DNA of 64,000 nucleotides, taken from assembly GCA_023515725.1 (NCBI GenBank), contig JALDTO010000208.1:954367-1018366 (forward strand), read 5' to 3'. Both the position numbers and the translations under genes were made by a program. The notes under the pieces were generated by a model that had not been told where the DNA came from, ran no database searches, and saw nothing but the letters and a program-made list of their open reading frames with translations. This DNA comes from Amoeboaphelidium protococcarum X5. Taxonomy: Eukaryota > Fungi > Aphelidiomycota. Numbering within the stretch: position 1 is the first letter of the stretch; each line of letters begins with the position of its first letter. Of this stretch, positions 13,685-36,050 are shown in pieces.

Positions 13685-14785
13685 ATGATGACTACTGCTA
13701 AATCTCCAGAGCGCGATGCTTGGGGAGTGCCTGATGCTGAGAGTGCACCAATTAAGGGTGGCTGGGGCGCATCCGGTGGTGATGATGCTACTACCAACAA
13801 GGATGACATGGATCATGATCGCAAATTGGCCATGGACTAGCCGCAGTCTCCACCACCTGCCAACGCTTCTTCTGGTGGTAGAGATTTGCGTCCATCCGGT
13901 GGAAGTGGGCGCTTTAGAGAGAATCCTGAGCCGACCAATGTGTTGGGTGTCTTTGGTCTTAGTTTGCGCACTTCGGAGGCTGATCTGCGCGACATATTTG
14001 GCAAATTTGGGCCCATTGAGAAGCTGACCGTAGTGATGGATAAGAGGACCAATGTCTCCCGTGGCTTTGCTTTCATAACCTTTGAGAAGGTTGAAGATGC
14101 AGACGAGGCACGTAAGGCCACTACTGATTCCATTGTGGATGAAAGGCGTATTCGCGTTGATTTCTCCGTTACCAAGAAGCCGCATGATCCTACTCCTGGT
14201 TAGTATATGGGACCTCGTCGTGATGATTACAGTGGCTCAGGTGCTGGTGGTCCAAAGAAGAGAGATCTTCCTCCGCCGCCACCACCGTCTTATGGTTCAT
14301 TCGATAGATATGGTCCTCCTCCACCTCGTTCGTTTGATCGCTATGGTCCACCTCCTCCACGATTTGATGGACCTCCTAGAGGTGGCCGTTACGATGACCG
14401 TGGATATCCGCCACCACCGCCTCCTCCACATATGCGTGACCTTCCACCTTATGATCGTCCTATGTATGGTAGACGCAATGATAGATATCCTGGTCCTCCA
14501 CCTCCTCCACCGCATATGCGTGATTACTATGATATGCCGCCACCACCTCGTCGCGGACCTCCTGGACCTGGTTATGGAATGCCATTACCACCTCCATCCA
14601 GAAGACGTTCCCCACCACCACCATTGAGTCCGCGCGGTGCTCCTCGCTATGATGCTCCTCCTCCGCCATCCGGTAGCGGCGGCGCGTCAAGACGTTCACC
14701 ATCTCCAGCTGGCTATCAGATGCATCCTGATCGTATGCGTGCACAGCAGCGTTCTCGTTCTCCACCTGGTGGATACAGACGTTGA
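13685..14785 (+). CDS. TRA2: Transformer-2-like RRM splicing regulator with Pro/Arg-rich tail, 366 aa
   Basis: NPEPTNVLGVFGLSLRT...SRGFAFITF...RIRVDFSVTKKPHDPTPG(TAG=Q)YMG matches the Tra2 RRM plus linker; RSRSP motif at the C-terminus. Confidence 0.85.
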
Positions 14786-15095
14786 GTGATATCAACATGG
14801 CTTTAGTGAACACTGGTGTTTATGAGGAGTGGCTGATAGTATGCGGTATAATAATGTTAAGAATGAAGTTAAAAAGGATGAGACGCTTAAAAAAATTCCA
14901 TAGTTAATCAAGTGAAGAACAATACTCTTTGAAGGCTCAAAGCTGAAGTTTTACCATCATTTCAAAGTACAAGATCTTTCAATATCGTGAAAGCAATCAA
15001 ACTTTAGATTCATCGCAAGACGGCAAGAATCTATTGACAAGGTAGTATTCCAGTTCAATGTTTAATGTACTATTGAATGATGATCATCACTCTTC

Positions 15096-16253
15096 TCAGT
15101 CATCATCTTCAATCTGCGGGGCGGGATACTTCAAGATTGCAGCGATACCTGTCAGTTAATCCAACTATTCGCCAGATGCGTGCTGACTAGAAAATATATA
15201 TACTTGACCACCGAAACCTTCAACTTCTTCCACCAGCTTTATATGCTTTTTACGCGTCGGAACATCCGCAGCTCTAAACAATGTATCACTAATCAGCAGA
15301 TACTAGATGGCAGCTATATCCGCAGCCTTCCTAACATGATTCCATCCATAGAAGGCTTTATCAGGACTTTCGCTCAAAGTGGTAAAGAACTGATCAAGAA
15401 TTTTAACTTCCTGAGCATATTTTGTGTCTTGTAATCGCCCTTAAATCGCCGGATCTGCCAAAATCTCACCCAAAGCCTATTTATGACCAGAGTTGGAGTG
15501 GAGCAGTAAGAATTTAGCTTTATTTTCAATAAGGGGTCTATTCGCTGCAGAGTTATCTGACCTGGACATCTCTGCTTATAGATATGTCCAGAACTGATCT
15601 TTCAGAAACCCTGGACTCGCTATTATGATAACCTTCACAATATCAAATCTGATATGCCTAAGAAGTCCCTGCATAATCTACTCAAAGAATCGATTCAGTC
15701 CCTTGTCATGCTGAGTCGATGTTCCTCTCCTCTTCTTTGGTATACTCGACTCTATGCGCTACTTGATCAGAGTCAAATTCTGAGTTACCAGACAAATGTT
15801 AGCAAGACCATCGTGCATCACAACTGCAGCGAGTTCTGCACGCTCCGAGATATCACAAGCAGCCTTAACGCGATCTAAAGCCACTCTATCCCATTCCAGT
15901 TTATACAGAGTGAAGTTGCGATGAAGCTCCAAGTCTATAGTGTGATACGCTCCCATTTTAACATACTCATTTTCTTCGCAGACACGGCCATTAATTCTAA
16001 TGGAAGCATCGCCAGTCTGCGGCGAAGGGTCATAATCTAAAGTCTCCACAGTGATCCTGAGGTTAATTCGCTGTCTAAAAGATTCACTGGAGCCAGTACT
16101 GGTAGAAGTTTATATTCGCCTGACGGTGGTGGCCTTCAATTAATCTCCAGGTAGAATGAGATTATACGCATGCCACATATCCTCCGATTCCTCTGGATAC
16201 AGAATAACATATCCCGATTAGTCCTTTTCCAGAAATTACTTTATCAACTTCAT
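15096..16253 (-). CDS. DOM34: Pelota/Dom34 ribosome-rescue factor, 385 aa
   Basis: PEESEDMWHAYNLI, ENEYVKMGAYHTIDLEL, ASPGFLK, SGE(TAG)LD(TAA)LTGIAAILKYP (canonical SGEQLxQLTG). Confidence 0.96.
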
Positions 16254-16410
16254 CTATAATAATAACAGGCTCTTCTGAGTATTTTAAGACTATTTAACTG
16301 ACTGGACAGTATTATATTGTCAAACGGTTTAAAATGTTAAAGTTCTTACTCTCTCTTCCTCCTTCTCCTTTCAAAAGAGATCAGACGTGGGCTGAGAAAA
16401 TCGCGCGAAA

Positions 16411-16902
16411 ATGGTCAAGACCGATGTTGTTGAGAATGACAAGGTGGTGATATCAACTGTGTAATAAGATACTAACGCTACAAATAATGCTACTACTAGT
16501 AAAATTTAAAAGAAGAAGAGAAAGCTTTCAAAGAAATAACGCCTGGCTAAATAGGCGAATGATGAGACGGCGGTCAGTGAAGAAGATTTGATCAAGAATG
16601 CAGTCGAGTATCTTCAATTGTGGAATGATGATAGATAGAAGTGGAAATTTTAAAAGAATAGGTAGCACGACCTTCTAGCTATTGCCTTTGATAAAGAGAA
16701 ATTGAGGAAGTCTGATTTCAAGATTTTATGCAAATATATTCAAGGCCTGTAAGGTGGCGCTCGCGATAGATTGGTATCCGATTCCACTGAGATTGTATCA
16801 AAATTTAATTAAGGTGATCAAGAGGATTCAGCTCCAGTTGATAAAGCTGCAAAACGGCGTTATAAAAGAGCCAAGAAGATTTTGAAAGTACTGCGACATT
16901 GA
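16411..16902 (+). CDS. WKF-domain protein (C7orf50/YCR016W-like), 163 aa
   Basis: AVEYLQLW...KWKF(TAA)KNR(TAG)HDLL...YIQGLQGGARDRL...RYKRAKKILKVL matches the WKFQKxxQ signature. Confidence 0.85.
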
Positions 16903-17036
16903 TATAATTACCACGTAATATATAATAGCTTGAAACGCGCTATTTTAAAGGTTGATACTACATATTAGATGGGATTTATAAATGAATCCTTTTTAGCATC
17001 ACAGTACATCATTCGTCATCTTCAGCATTTCAATTT

Positions 17037-19607
<2,571 letters not shown>

Positions 19608-19847
19608 TTCAATAACGATGATGATATATAATGCTATAAAAGCTGAAACACTAGTAAATAATAGCTTATAGTGCTCTATACGAATAAGACTGAGATGGTA
19701 GATGGATCTTGTTTCAAACAAGAGAGTGAGAACAAATTTATTATCGTTTCACAAAGGATTCAAAATCTTTTATAAAACAGAACGTACAATATCCCAACCA
19801 CTCACTACAATACAATGGACTGCAGTATTGTATTTTAATAATTCCCT

Positions 19848-20323
19848 TCAGCCTTGTTCGTTGTGGGAAGAAGTCGGGCGGTCCGGTGAAACGGCGGATG
19901 ATTTTATTTTCAGCAATCGCCTTCGCAACAACGTCGACCATTGGCTCTCTCCATCATCACCACCACGTCTCATAGTGTTACCTGTACTGATCATATTGTT
20001 TGATCCACTTCTTTAGTTGTCAAAGTTGATGGAGACATTCTTGACATCTGGTCGTGATAATTATTCAATTTTCTTTTTACATTATCTTAGATGATGTTCG
20101 ATAAGAAATAACTCACTCAACTTGATTTTAGCATTACGCTCCATTTCTTGTCGTATCATCGCGTAAAACTTTACTTGCTGTTCCTACAGTATATTAGAGT
20201 TTAGTTTATTTATTCTAGCTTTTTAACTATATATCAGAATATTACAACTTGTTTAGAGGGAATAATTTATCTTAGAGCTTATTTATATGTCCGCAGAACA
20301 TCTCTTTATAGTCCAGATCTCAT
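19848..20323 (-). CDS. SDH6: Succinate dehydrogenase assembly factor 1 (LYR family); exons 20246-20323 and 19848-20183
   Basis: MRSGL(TAA)RDVLRTYKQALR...IRQEMERNAKIKLSELFLIEHHLRQCKKKIEQL resembles SDHAF1/Sdh6. Requires a 62-nt GTAATA...TGTAG intron that removes an in-frame TGA. Confidence 0.72.
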
Positions 20324-20762
20324 GACGTTTGTCTAGAATATAATGGAGTGATTTCTCTTTCGCTTTTTCTCTTACAGCATTGCGAATGAAGCGGAGACTT
20401 TCTCATCGCGTCGTTCTTAGCTGCATTAGAGCGCGTTTCGTTTCTTACGAATATCACAGTGTGTGGTATTAAATGCAGGTTGAGTCTATCATTTACAAGA
20501 TTGCATGATATTGTAAGAAGGTTTATATTGTATCTATAATTTCCAAGTATGAAATAATAATATGTTGAATACTAATTCCAACTATCGAAAGTAATTCATT
20601 AGCCACTAGTTAGAGCTATCTATTGCGCGCGCTTTTGTCGTATCAGCGTAGCTAAAATCCATCATTTCCTTCTTCTTGAGAACAACGAACTACCGCAATC
20701 AAACCGCCTTTGAACATTTAACTTAACTTTGATAAAGTTTACTAGATTAATTCATATATAAA

Positions 20763-22622
20763 ATGGCAGGAGCGCTAGAAAATGCAAATAAGTACTTGCC
20801 CAAGATTATGGATGCCGATAAGGAGAACTCTTATGGTTACATTTACTCAGTCGCTGGTCCCGTGGTGATTGCGGAGAGAATGTCCGGCTCTGCAATGTAC
20901 GAACTTGTGCGTGTCGGTCATAATGAGCTGGTGGGTGAAGTTATTCGTATTGAGGGAGACAAGACAACTATTTAGGTTTATGAAGAGACTTCCGGTCTGA
21001 CGGTCGGTGATCCAGTTCTGAAGACAGGTAAGCCGTTGTCTGTTGAACTCGGTCCGGGATTGTGTGGCAACATTTATGACGGTATTCAGCGTCCATTGAA
21101 AGCCATTCAAGATCTTTCAAAGAGTATATATATTCCGCGTGGTGTTAATACTGCAGCGCTGGATAAACAAGTTGCATGGGAGTTTGAACCTGTCATTAAT
21201 CTGAAGGTGGGAGATCATGTCACTGGTGGCGATGTCTTTGGTATTGTGTACGAGAACACTCTGGTCAAGCACAGTATAATGCTTCCACCTCGTAGTCGCG
21301 GTACAGTCTCATACATTGCACCAAAGGGTAATTACACTATCACTGACAAGATTCTGGAAGTGGAGTTTAATGGAGAAAAATCTAGCTACTCAATGTTGCA
21401 GATTTGGCCTGTCAGAACACCCCGCCCAGTTAGTGAGAAGGTGTCGGCCGACTATCCGCTGTTGACGGGGCAGAGAGTTTTGGATGCATTGTTCCCATGT
21501 GTTCAAGGAGGAACTTGTGCTATTCCCGGTGCTTTCGGCTGCGGTAAGACTGTGATTAGTCAGTCGCTGTCCAAATACTCCAATTCTGATATTATTATCT
21601 ATGTGGGATGTGGTGAGAGAGGTAATGAGATGGCTGAGGTGTTGATGGATTTCCCTCAATTGAAGGTGAAAATTGGAGACAGAGAGGAGAGTATTATGAA
21701 GCGTACCAGTCTGGTGGCGAACACGTCCAACATGCCTGTGGCTGCCCGTGAAGCATCCATTTACACTGGTATCACGTTGTCTGAGTACTTTAGAGATCAG
21801 GGCAGAAACGTGAGTATGATGGCCGACTCCACGTCTAGATGGGCAGAGGCTCTGAGAGAAATTTCCGGTCGTCTGGCTGAGATGCCTGCAGATTCTGGTT
21901 ATCCCGCGTATCTGGGTGCTCGTCTGGCCAGTTTCTACGAACGTGCCGGCAAGGTGGTGTGTCTGGGTAATCCCAAGAGAAATGGTAGCGTATCCATTGT
22001 GGGTGCTGTCAGTCCTCCTGGTGGTGACTTTTCCGATCCTGTCACGTCCGCCACCCTGGGTATTGTCTAGGTGTTTTGGGGTCTGGATAAGAAGTTGGCT
22101 CAGCGTAAACATTTCCCGTCCGTTAACTGGTCTCTCTCCTATTCGAAATACATGAAAGCTTTGGATCCTTTCTATGAGAGCTTTGATCCGGAATTTGTCA
22201 CGTTGAGAACCAAGTGTAAGGAGATTCTGCAGACGGAAGAGGATCTGAGTGAGATTGTGCAGTTGGTGGGTAAGAGTGCTCTGGCAGAGAAGGACAAGAT
22301 CACACTGGACATTGCCAAGCTGATCAAGGATGACTTTCTGCAATAGAACGGCTACTCTTCATACGATAGATTCTGTCCATTTTACAAGACTGTGGGCATG
22401 ATGAGAAACATTTGCTACTTTTACGATCAGGCTGGACATGCGGTGGAGGTGTCATCTAGCCAGGTCACTTGGTCGCGTATCAGAGAGTCTATGAGCGATT
22501 TGATGTACAAATTGACATCTATGAAGTTTGAAGATCCAGTGGATGGTGAAGAGGTGATCAAGGCTCGCTACGCCAAACTGTAGAAGGAAATTGAGGAGCG
22601 TTTCCGTCAATTGTTGGAGTGA
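20763..22622 (+). CDS. VMA1: V-type H+-ATPase catalytic subunit A, 619 aa, no intein
   Basis: Walker [32 protein letters not shown]. Universally conserved Gln positions are TAG: TI(TAG)VYEET and IV(TAG)VFWGLDK. Confidence 0.98.
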
Positions 22623-22979
22623 ACATATTTGAATACACTTTGTAGTTCAATTCTTGATTCTTGATGAGTATTTATATTGTTTAACATCTGACGCGTTCTC
22701 TATAATTAGTTGCCAGTGAAACATAGTACGCGAATCAATCTAAATCATTACTGTACAGTAGTTGTAAAAAATCATTTCGTTTCAAGTCATTCTATCGCCG
22801 CCAGTTGGCTGTCTTACATTGGCTCGGTCTTTTTCCGCCAAGTGTTTTAGCTTTTACTAGAACGTTCTTCTTTTCTCTCCTGTTTAATCTCCTGTTTAAT
22901 GTTGTCATTGCATTCTGTCACAAATAATATCACAAAAAGTTACAACAGCTCTTTAAAAGAAAATCTACATTCTAACAGT

Positions 22980-25392
22980 ATGGACTTTTTAAAATCTACT
23001 TTTAATAAAGTTTATGGAGTTGCCACGTTCCCATACTCTATAGGTATGTTAAAAAACACATTGGTGCTTATGAGTATCGGTTATCCAAGAATGTATAGTT
23101 TTTTGTGTAGGAAGTGTTGTTAGTGAGCCTGGTGAATCTGTGTGGACAGTGCAGAATGGTACCAAGAAGGATGATGGCTAGAATGTGTTGATATTCAAAG
23201 CGAAAAGTGACCAAGTTATGGCACAGAACTCTGCTAGAAAGATGAAGTCTATTCGACATCCGCTCACTCTCAAGATTATAGATTCTATCCAGACGGATGA
23301 TACTTTGTATGTGATGACGGAGCGTGCTTAGCCACTCACTGGTATTTTCAAAACTAAAGCTTCATCCCTGCACCAAGATCTTCTTATATGGGGATTGTAT
23401 AACGTATCACAGTTCCTCATCTTCTTGCATAATGAGTCTCAATCTATTCACTGTAACATTAGGCCGTCGTCTATTTTTGTGACGCCTAGTGGAGAATGGA
23501 AAGTTGCTGGATTCGAGTTGTTGAGTTGTGTGAAAAGTGATACAGATTATCTGTGGACGTAGTATAGTTAGTATGAGCTTCTGCCTGGTGTTAAGCAGTA
23601 TCTACCTCAAGAGATTCTATAGAACAACTAGTCTGCGTTTTAATCTATAAAAAATGGCCAAAGTCCTCTCCACGCTGTGGACGGCTTCATGCTTGCCTGC
23701 TTGTGCTGGGTCATTTTTAACTATAATGAGTATAATTTTACCACGTCATAGTCTATTGTTGAGGAGATTCGTGGACGTGGTCGGATGAAGGTGCCTGCTG
23801 ATATATGGGCGTTCATGTAAAAGTGCCTCCATAATGATCCATTGGTACGTCCTAATTTGAAAGGCTTTGTATCCAATTCAGCCATAGTTAACATTTCAGC
23901 CTAGGACGGAGGTGATGGATCAGAATTATTAGCACAATATATTCAGAGTAATCCTTACATTCAAGTATCTAGATTTTTGGATAATGTGACCATTGCCTCT
24001 CCAAAATAAAAGACTGTTTTTAGTAAATAACTTACCGCTCTGGTTGAGAATAAGTTGATTAGTGACGATTTTATCAGGATTAAAGTCACTGATGCTCTTT
24101 GTAATGCTGTAGAATTTGGCTCTTTAGACTCAAGTTATCTCCGATTAATTCTGAATATTGTGCTCAAGGATTAAGATACATTTAGAACTAAGACTTAAGA
24201 TTTCATTGCGCGATTGTATGCATAGAATGATAGATAGCTGCGACTTGCACTGTTAGAGTCTTTGCATTTGTACATTGGAAAGTTGGATAAAGCTGTGATT
24301 AATGACAAGATTTTCCCAAATTTAGTGAATGGCTTTAATGATCAAATACCTGTGGTGCGTGAGGCTTCGTTGAAATCCCTCGTAGTGATTGTGGAGTATC
24401 TTAGCGAGAGGAGTATCAATACAGAGCTGGTTAAATGCTTGGAAAAGTGTTAGATGGATCAAGAGGCTGCCATTCGAGCTAACACTGTTATTTGTTTGGG
24501 TAAAATCTGTAAATTTATGCCCGAGTAGACTAGAAAGAGGTTGCTCATCCAGAGCTTCTGTCGATCTTTGAAGGATCCTTTTGTACCTGCCAGGACGGCT
24601 GCTCTATCTGCTCTCACAGCTACTGTTGAAAATTATACTGCTGCAGATCAAGCATCCAAGATCATGCCTGTGGTGGTGCCTCTGTTAGTTGACACGGATA
24701 AGTCTGTCCGCGATGCATCCTTCAAGCTCATACGAGTGTACTTGGGCAAGCTTGAGTAGCACGCTTAACAAATGTCTTCATAATAAGCTGATTTAGAGAT
24801 GACTGAATATGTGCGATAATAGCCTTAATCTTTGTAATAATAATAACAGTAATAGTAGTAGTAGCTACAAGTTATGAATGGAGAAGCTTCAAAAAGCTAA
24901 ATGCAAAAGTAAAGTTTGGGATTTGGGTCGATGATATCTCCTAGTTAACTTACCAAGTAAGGTAATGATACGTTTGGCAATGGTAAGACGGAATTAAAAG
25001 TTAATGTCGCGCCTGATGTTGATAGCGATGACTGGGGAGATTTAGATTCTCTCAATCAGAAGAGCGTGAGCAGTCAAGACAGTTCCATGGTTTTGAAATT
25101 GCCTGGAATGCAGAAGAGTGGCATGTAATTAGGTGGCGGAGTAGGATAGTAACTGACTTCTCAAGTGTTTAGTGAACTCTCATTAGACAGTTAGTTTAAC
25201 GGAAATGCTTCTTAGTAATAATAATCATAACAACTTGTGTAAAAGGATATCTCAAGCTTCTACTAACAGCCTAATAGTGATTTAGAGAAGAAGCGTGAAG
25301 AGCATAGAGCTCGGATTGAGGCACTGAAGCAACAGAGACGGTAGAATAAGTTGGCGAATGCTTTAGATGACAATTCTCAGTCGCTCATATGA
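22980..25392 (+). CDS. SCY1-like pseudokinase with HEAT repeats (SCYL1/Cex1); exons 22980-23043 and 23111-25392
   Basis: MDFLKS start, IHCNIRPSSIFVTPSGEWKVAGFE, D(Q)EAAIRANTVICLGKI, LKDPFVPARTAAL; 67-nt GTATGT...TGTAG intron; TAA/TAG-encoded polyQ tract. Confidence 0.9.
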
Positions 25393-25778
25393 TACCGATT
25401 TATGGTTGGAAATAAAATCCTTTATAGATCATAATATTCAACGTTTTAGATTGAGTTTCACTAAAACTTATCATTACCACTTATCAGTCAGCTGTAGGAC
25501 ACATTGCAGCAATTTCAACATTGACAACAAAGATCAAATCAATACGCGTGAAATTCCTCAATGGCTTGTCCCGATGAAAAGGCTTAATTATCAACGGGAT
25601 CGAGTGTGTGTGTGGAGTAATTGTGAAAGAGAACACGATCAAACAACAATGTCGACATGATCGATGTTGGAGGCATGAAATTTCAATAACTGAGGGCAAT
25701 CGATGAAGGTCATTCGTGATTTACTCTGTTCTACATGATATAAAATCTTACAAAGTATATTCATTTAACTGTGTTTTG

Positions 25779-26879
25779 ATGATGTCTTTCAAAAGTTTAA
25801 ATGTAATGAGTTCAGCTGCTACCAAGTATCGCGATATTGGCAAGAGAATGTTTATTGCCAGGAAGTTTAGCGCTTCCCGTATACTGATTGGTCACTCCTC
25901 GTACCGCTTCGTAGGAAATCATAACGTTGTATCTCAAGTTCCTTCTCAGAACTATTTATAAACTATCAAGTACCGCTAAAAGTCTACCCAGGTGGTCAAG
26001 TAAAGTGCCGTGGCCGCGAAAGAATAGATCGATGCAATCGGTGAAGACAATGCTAATGATCGGTAAGGTGATGCACCTCAAGTTGAAACAATGCTTTAGA
26101 AGCATCATGAGAACACCGGTGGTAAATCAGAAGCTTTGATCAGATCCACATCGCGCTAGTACTAATATAAACTACCAGTAGATCCACCATTACTGCCTGT
26201 AAGATCAGAGTTTAAATAGTAAAACAATAGTAAAGCTAATGCTCCTCTAAGTACGCGCTGCCTTTAAGAGATGGACATCGGGGAAGACTTCCACCATTAA
26301 CCATAATGTACAAGTGATCGAGTTGCGCTTGCAATCGTTATGGCACTGAGAAAGCCTTCTGATATATTCTTCGGGAAGAGGTACTTGCATCGAGCACTAC
26401 TTTTAGAATCCGTAGCTGCAGTTCCAGGATTCGTCAGTGGACTGCTGAGACATCTTGATAGTCTGCGCAACTTCAACGTGCTAAATGATGCGGTTATTCA
26501 TCATCTGGTCCACGAGGCTGAAAACGAACGTATGCATTTGATCACCTGGTTGGCGATTGCAAAGCCGAATCTATTCGATAGATTTCTAGTGAGTTCAGTG
26601 TAGGCACTCTTCTTTGGCGCATATTTCATGATGTATCTGGTGGCACCTCGCACTTGTCACCGCGTAGTAGGCCACCTTGAATCTCAGGCTATCATCAGTT
26701 ATACAGCCTTTGCCTAGGAAATCGAGCGTGGTAATATCGAAAATGTTCCTGCACCATAGTTTGCAATCAAATATTGGCATCTACAATCTGATGCCAAGTT
26801 GTACGATGTCGTGTTGGCTGTGCGAGCAGATGAAGCTAGTCATCGCGACTTTAATCATCACCTGGCTGATAAAATGTGA
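25779..26879 (+). CDS. AOX: Mitochondrial alternative oxidase, 366 aa
   Basis: Basic presequence; [47 protein letters not shown] di-iron motifs. Confidence 0.93.
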
Positions 26880-27025
26880 GTCTTGGTACTGTAATGTAGA
26901 GACGGAGGATGTTAATAATAATGAATAGAATATGATCAATGTAATGATAACAGTATATATATTTTAATTTTTGTTTACACTCTTGTTATGAATACAGAAT
27001 CAGCAGCCACTTTAAAAGATACAGT

Positions 27026-33748
<6,723 letters not shown>

Positions 33749-34322
33749 CACAAAGAAGTGTACTCTATCCAGAAATCTAATCCAAAGCAACTCAAATGAG
33801 TGTCAAGTTTATTAAATTTTATTGGTAAAAAGTTATTACTATATGTGAGTAAGAAGAATAGATATGAGAATGGGAAAGAAGACACGGCGTTGGTGAATGA
33901 ATCTTCACAAGTTCCGACGGAAATATATTTTTTTCGAATTTTTTTTCCTTTCTGACAGACAGAGACTGACACGCGCGCCGCACATGCTCGCTGCGGAAGG
34001 AATTTCCGTTACGCCTCCATACCACTTTGATAAATCGGATGCTTTCAGTATCAGTAGTATGAGTAATTATAAAAATAGTAATGGTAAAGTCTGCTGTTAT
34101 ATTTTGCACATAATCATCTTATTCATTCTCGCGGCTTTATGATTGCGGAATTGCTATAACAATCTATCTCCATGAATGCGAGAATAGTCGTTGATCTTCT
34201 ACTATGCTCGACAAAATAAAAATAATGGGATCTCACACTCAGTACACTTGCGCACACATTATATTCATACGCCATAGCTGCAAAAATACAACCAAAAAAA
34301 GCAAAATAGCTAAACTTATAAT

Positions 34323-35213
34323 TCATTATTTATTATCATCAACTTTAACATCAGCGGAGAGGTGGATCTTCTCTTTGAATGTGATCAGCCGTTTCAAGCA
34401 CTGCACCCACCGACGAACAGTCTCGTTGTTTAGCGGATGAGAAATATTCCGTCCGCTGATTCTGTCCAGAGCTTTACGTTCGTGTAGAATGGCAGCCGTA
34501 ATCCCAATGGGCCAAGCTTTATTCCCAATGCTCAGCTTCATGTAATAATCGAGAGCTTTCGCGAAATCACACGCATAAATATTCTGGGCAATGCACGCGA
34601 CATGTTGCAGAATCTCACCTTCCATCTTCTTGGCCTTGAGCATTTGAAAGAATGGCTTCATATAATCTTGACTGGTGTTGAAGAGTTTCCTTTCAACCAC
34701 TAAGTCTTTATTCCTTTCACCAATGCCAGCTGCTGATGATGCTTCCTACTCCTCCTCCTCCTTGACAGTGATGTATTCATCCCATTCCATTAACAACTTT
34801 TTAAAATACACATATAACAGTTTCTAACACTTGGAAGGGTCGTTAATCGCGAGTGTTTTACTAATGCTTGAAAATTCAGACTCATACTTTTAAATCACTA
34901 ACTGCTTATCTTTAGACTACTCTGATTATTCTTTATGCATCAAATCATTATTGTCATTATCACTGTTGTCGTTAATTTATGAACTGGAGATACTATCAGC
35001 ATTCTTAGACTTGCCACTATCATCATCATTCGGTTGATCTTTATCATTACTCACAGTGAGAGCACCATTATCTACCTCTTAAAGCGAAATAACACAGGCA
35101 ATGCCTGTTTATTCATCATTTCTTTAATCCCGAGTATCTGTTCCCTATTTACAGGCTTGCAATTATTATGCCTCTATCTTTTTTCTAGCAATTTCAGCTA
35201 TAATGGTGTCCAT
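34323..35213 (-). CDS. PRP18: Pre-mRNA splicing factor Prp18, 296 aa
   Basis: MDTIIAEIARKK N-terminus; YMKLSIGNKAWPIGIT...HER...SHPLNNETVRRWVQCLKRLITF. Confidence 0.92.
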
Positions 35214-35350
35214 ATTGTTTTTAGGCAGCGATCAAAGCAAGAAAAATTGATGATGAGAGGGAGAGCGTTAGAGATTTTATCGCGTTTTCAAGTCCGATTC
35301 CCACACGAAAATACTCATAATTCTAATCCACTATCGCATTATATCTCTTA

Positions 35351-35929
35351 ATGTCGCGTGGACTTGAAGAAGGCAGTTGGCATGAGACATACGCCGACAG
35401 TTAATGGATTTTTATTGGAAATTTGGCTCCAAGTGTCACGTAGTTGCAAGTTCTTGTCATGTTCTCTCAGTATGGCGAGATTATAGATTTCGATTTAAAA
35501 GTTCCAGACGCGCATAGAGTCGGTGGAGATAATACTCATTAAAACCGGCGGCCATAGTCTTAATCGCGTGAAGGTGTGCCCTAAATCGCTTAAAATCGAA
35601 GCTTATATGCCTACCTGAAATATGAAAATGCAAGAAGCTGTGCTTTGGCTGTGGATAATTTCTCTGGAGTTGAGTTGTGCGGACGACGCGTCAAGGTGGA
35701 CCATGTTCGCGATTATCGATATCCTAAACACCGGATAAGTATATCGAATGGTCGATCGCAGGTGAATGTATCATAGATTGAGTTGGAAAATTATATTGAA
35801 GGTTCTTAATCGGTATAGGATGATGCAACAGACAAAATTGATGAGATTGCCATAAAGTTGGGCCTGGATTTGGAAGATCCCATGAAAGAGTACTTGGTTT
35901 AGTAACATTTAGATAGTCTCCAGTAGTGA
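35351..35929 (+). CDS. RBMX2: RES complex RRM protein RBMX2/Snu17(Ist3), 192 aa
   Basis: SWHETYADSQWIFIGNL...FSQYGEI...AYLKYENARSCALAVDNFSGVELCGRRVKVDHVRDY...EDPMKEYL. Confidence 0.88.
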
Positions 35930-36050
35930 CGACGTAAACAGGGAGTGATTGTTACATGGATGATTAGTATTAGATGCCTACAGCAATACTTTATGAAAGG
36001 CAATGAATATGTAAAAGATTGAATGAATGTAGATATAATTTTATTTTTAA

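Noticed and set aside
21590-21640. VMA1 intein
   Set aside because: The canonical insertion site reads [12 protein letters not shown] without interruption.
21390-22343. Long antisense or alternate-frame ORFs in the track (e.g. 21390-22343, 7441-8043, 14082-14627, 51688-52278)
   Set aside because: They are shadows of conserved genes on the other strand or frame, with no recognisable motifs.
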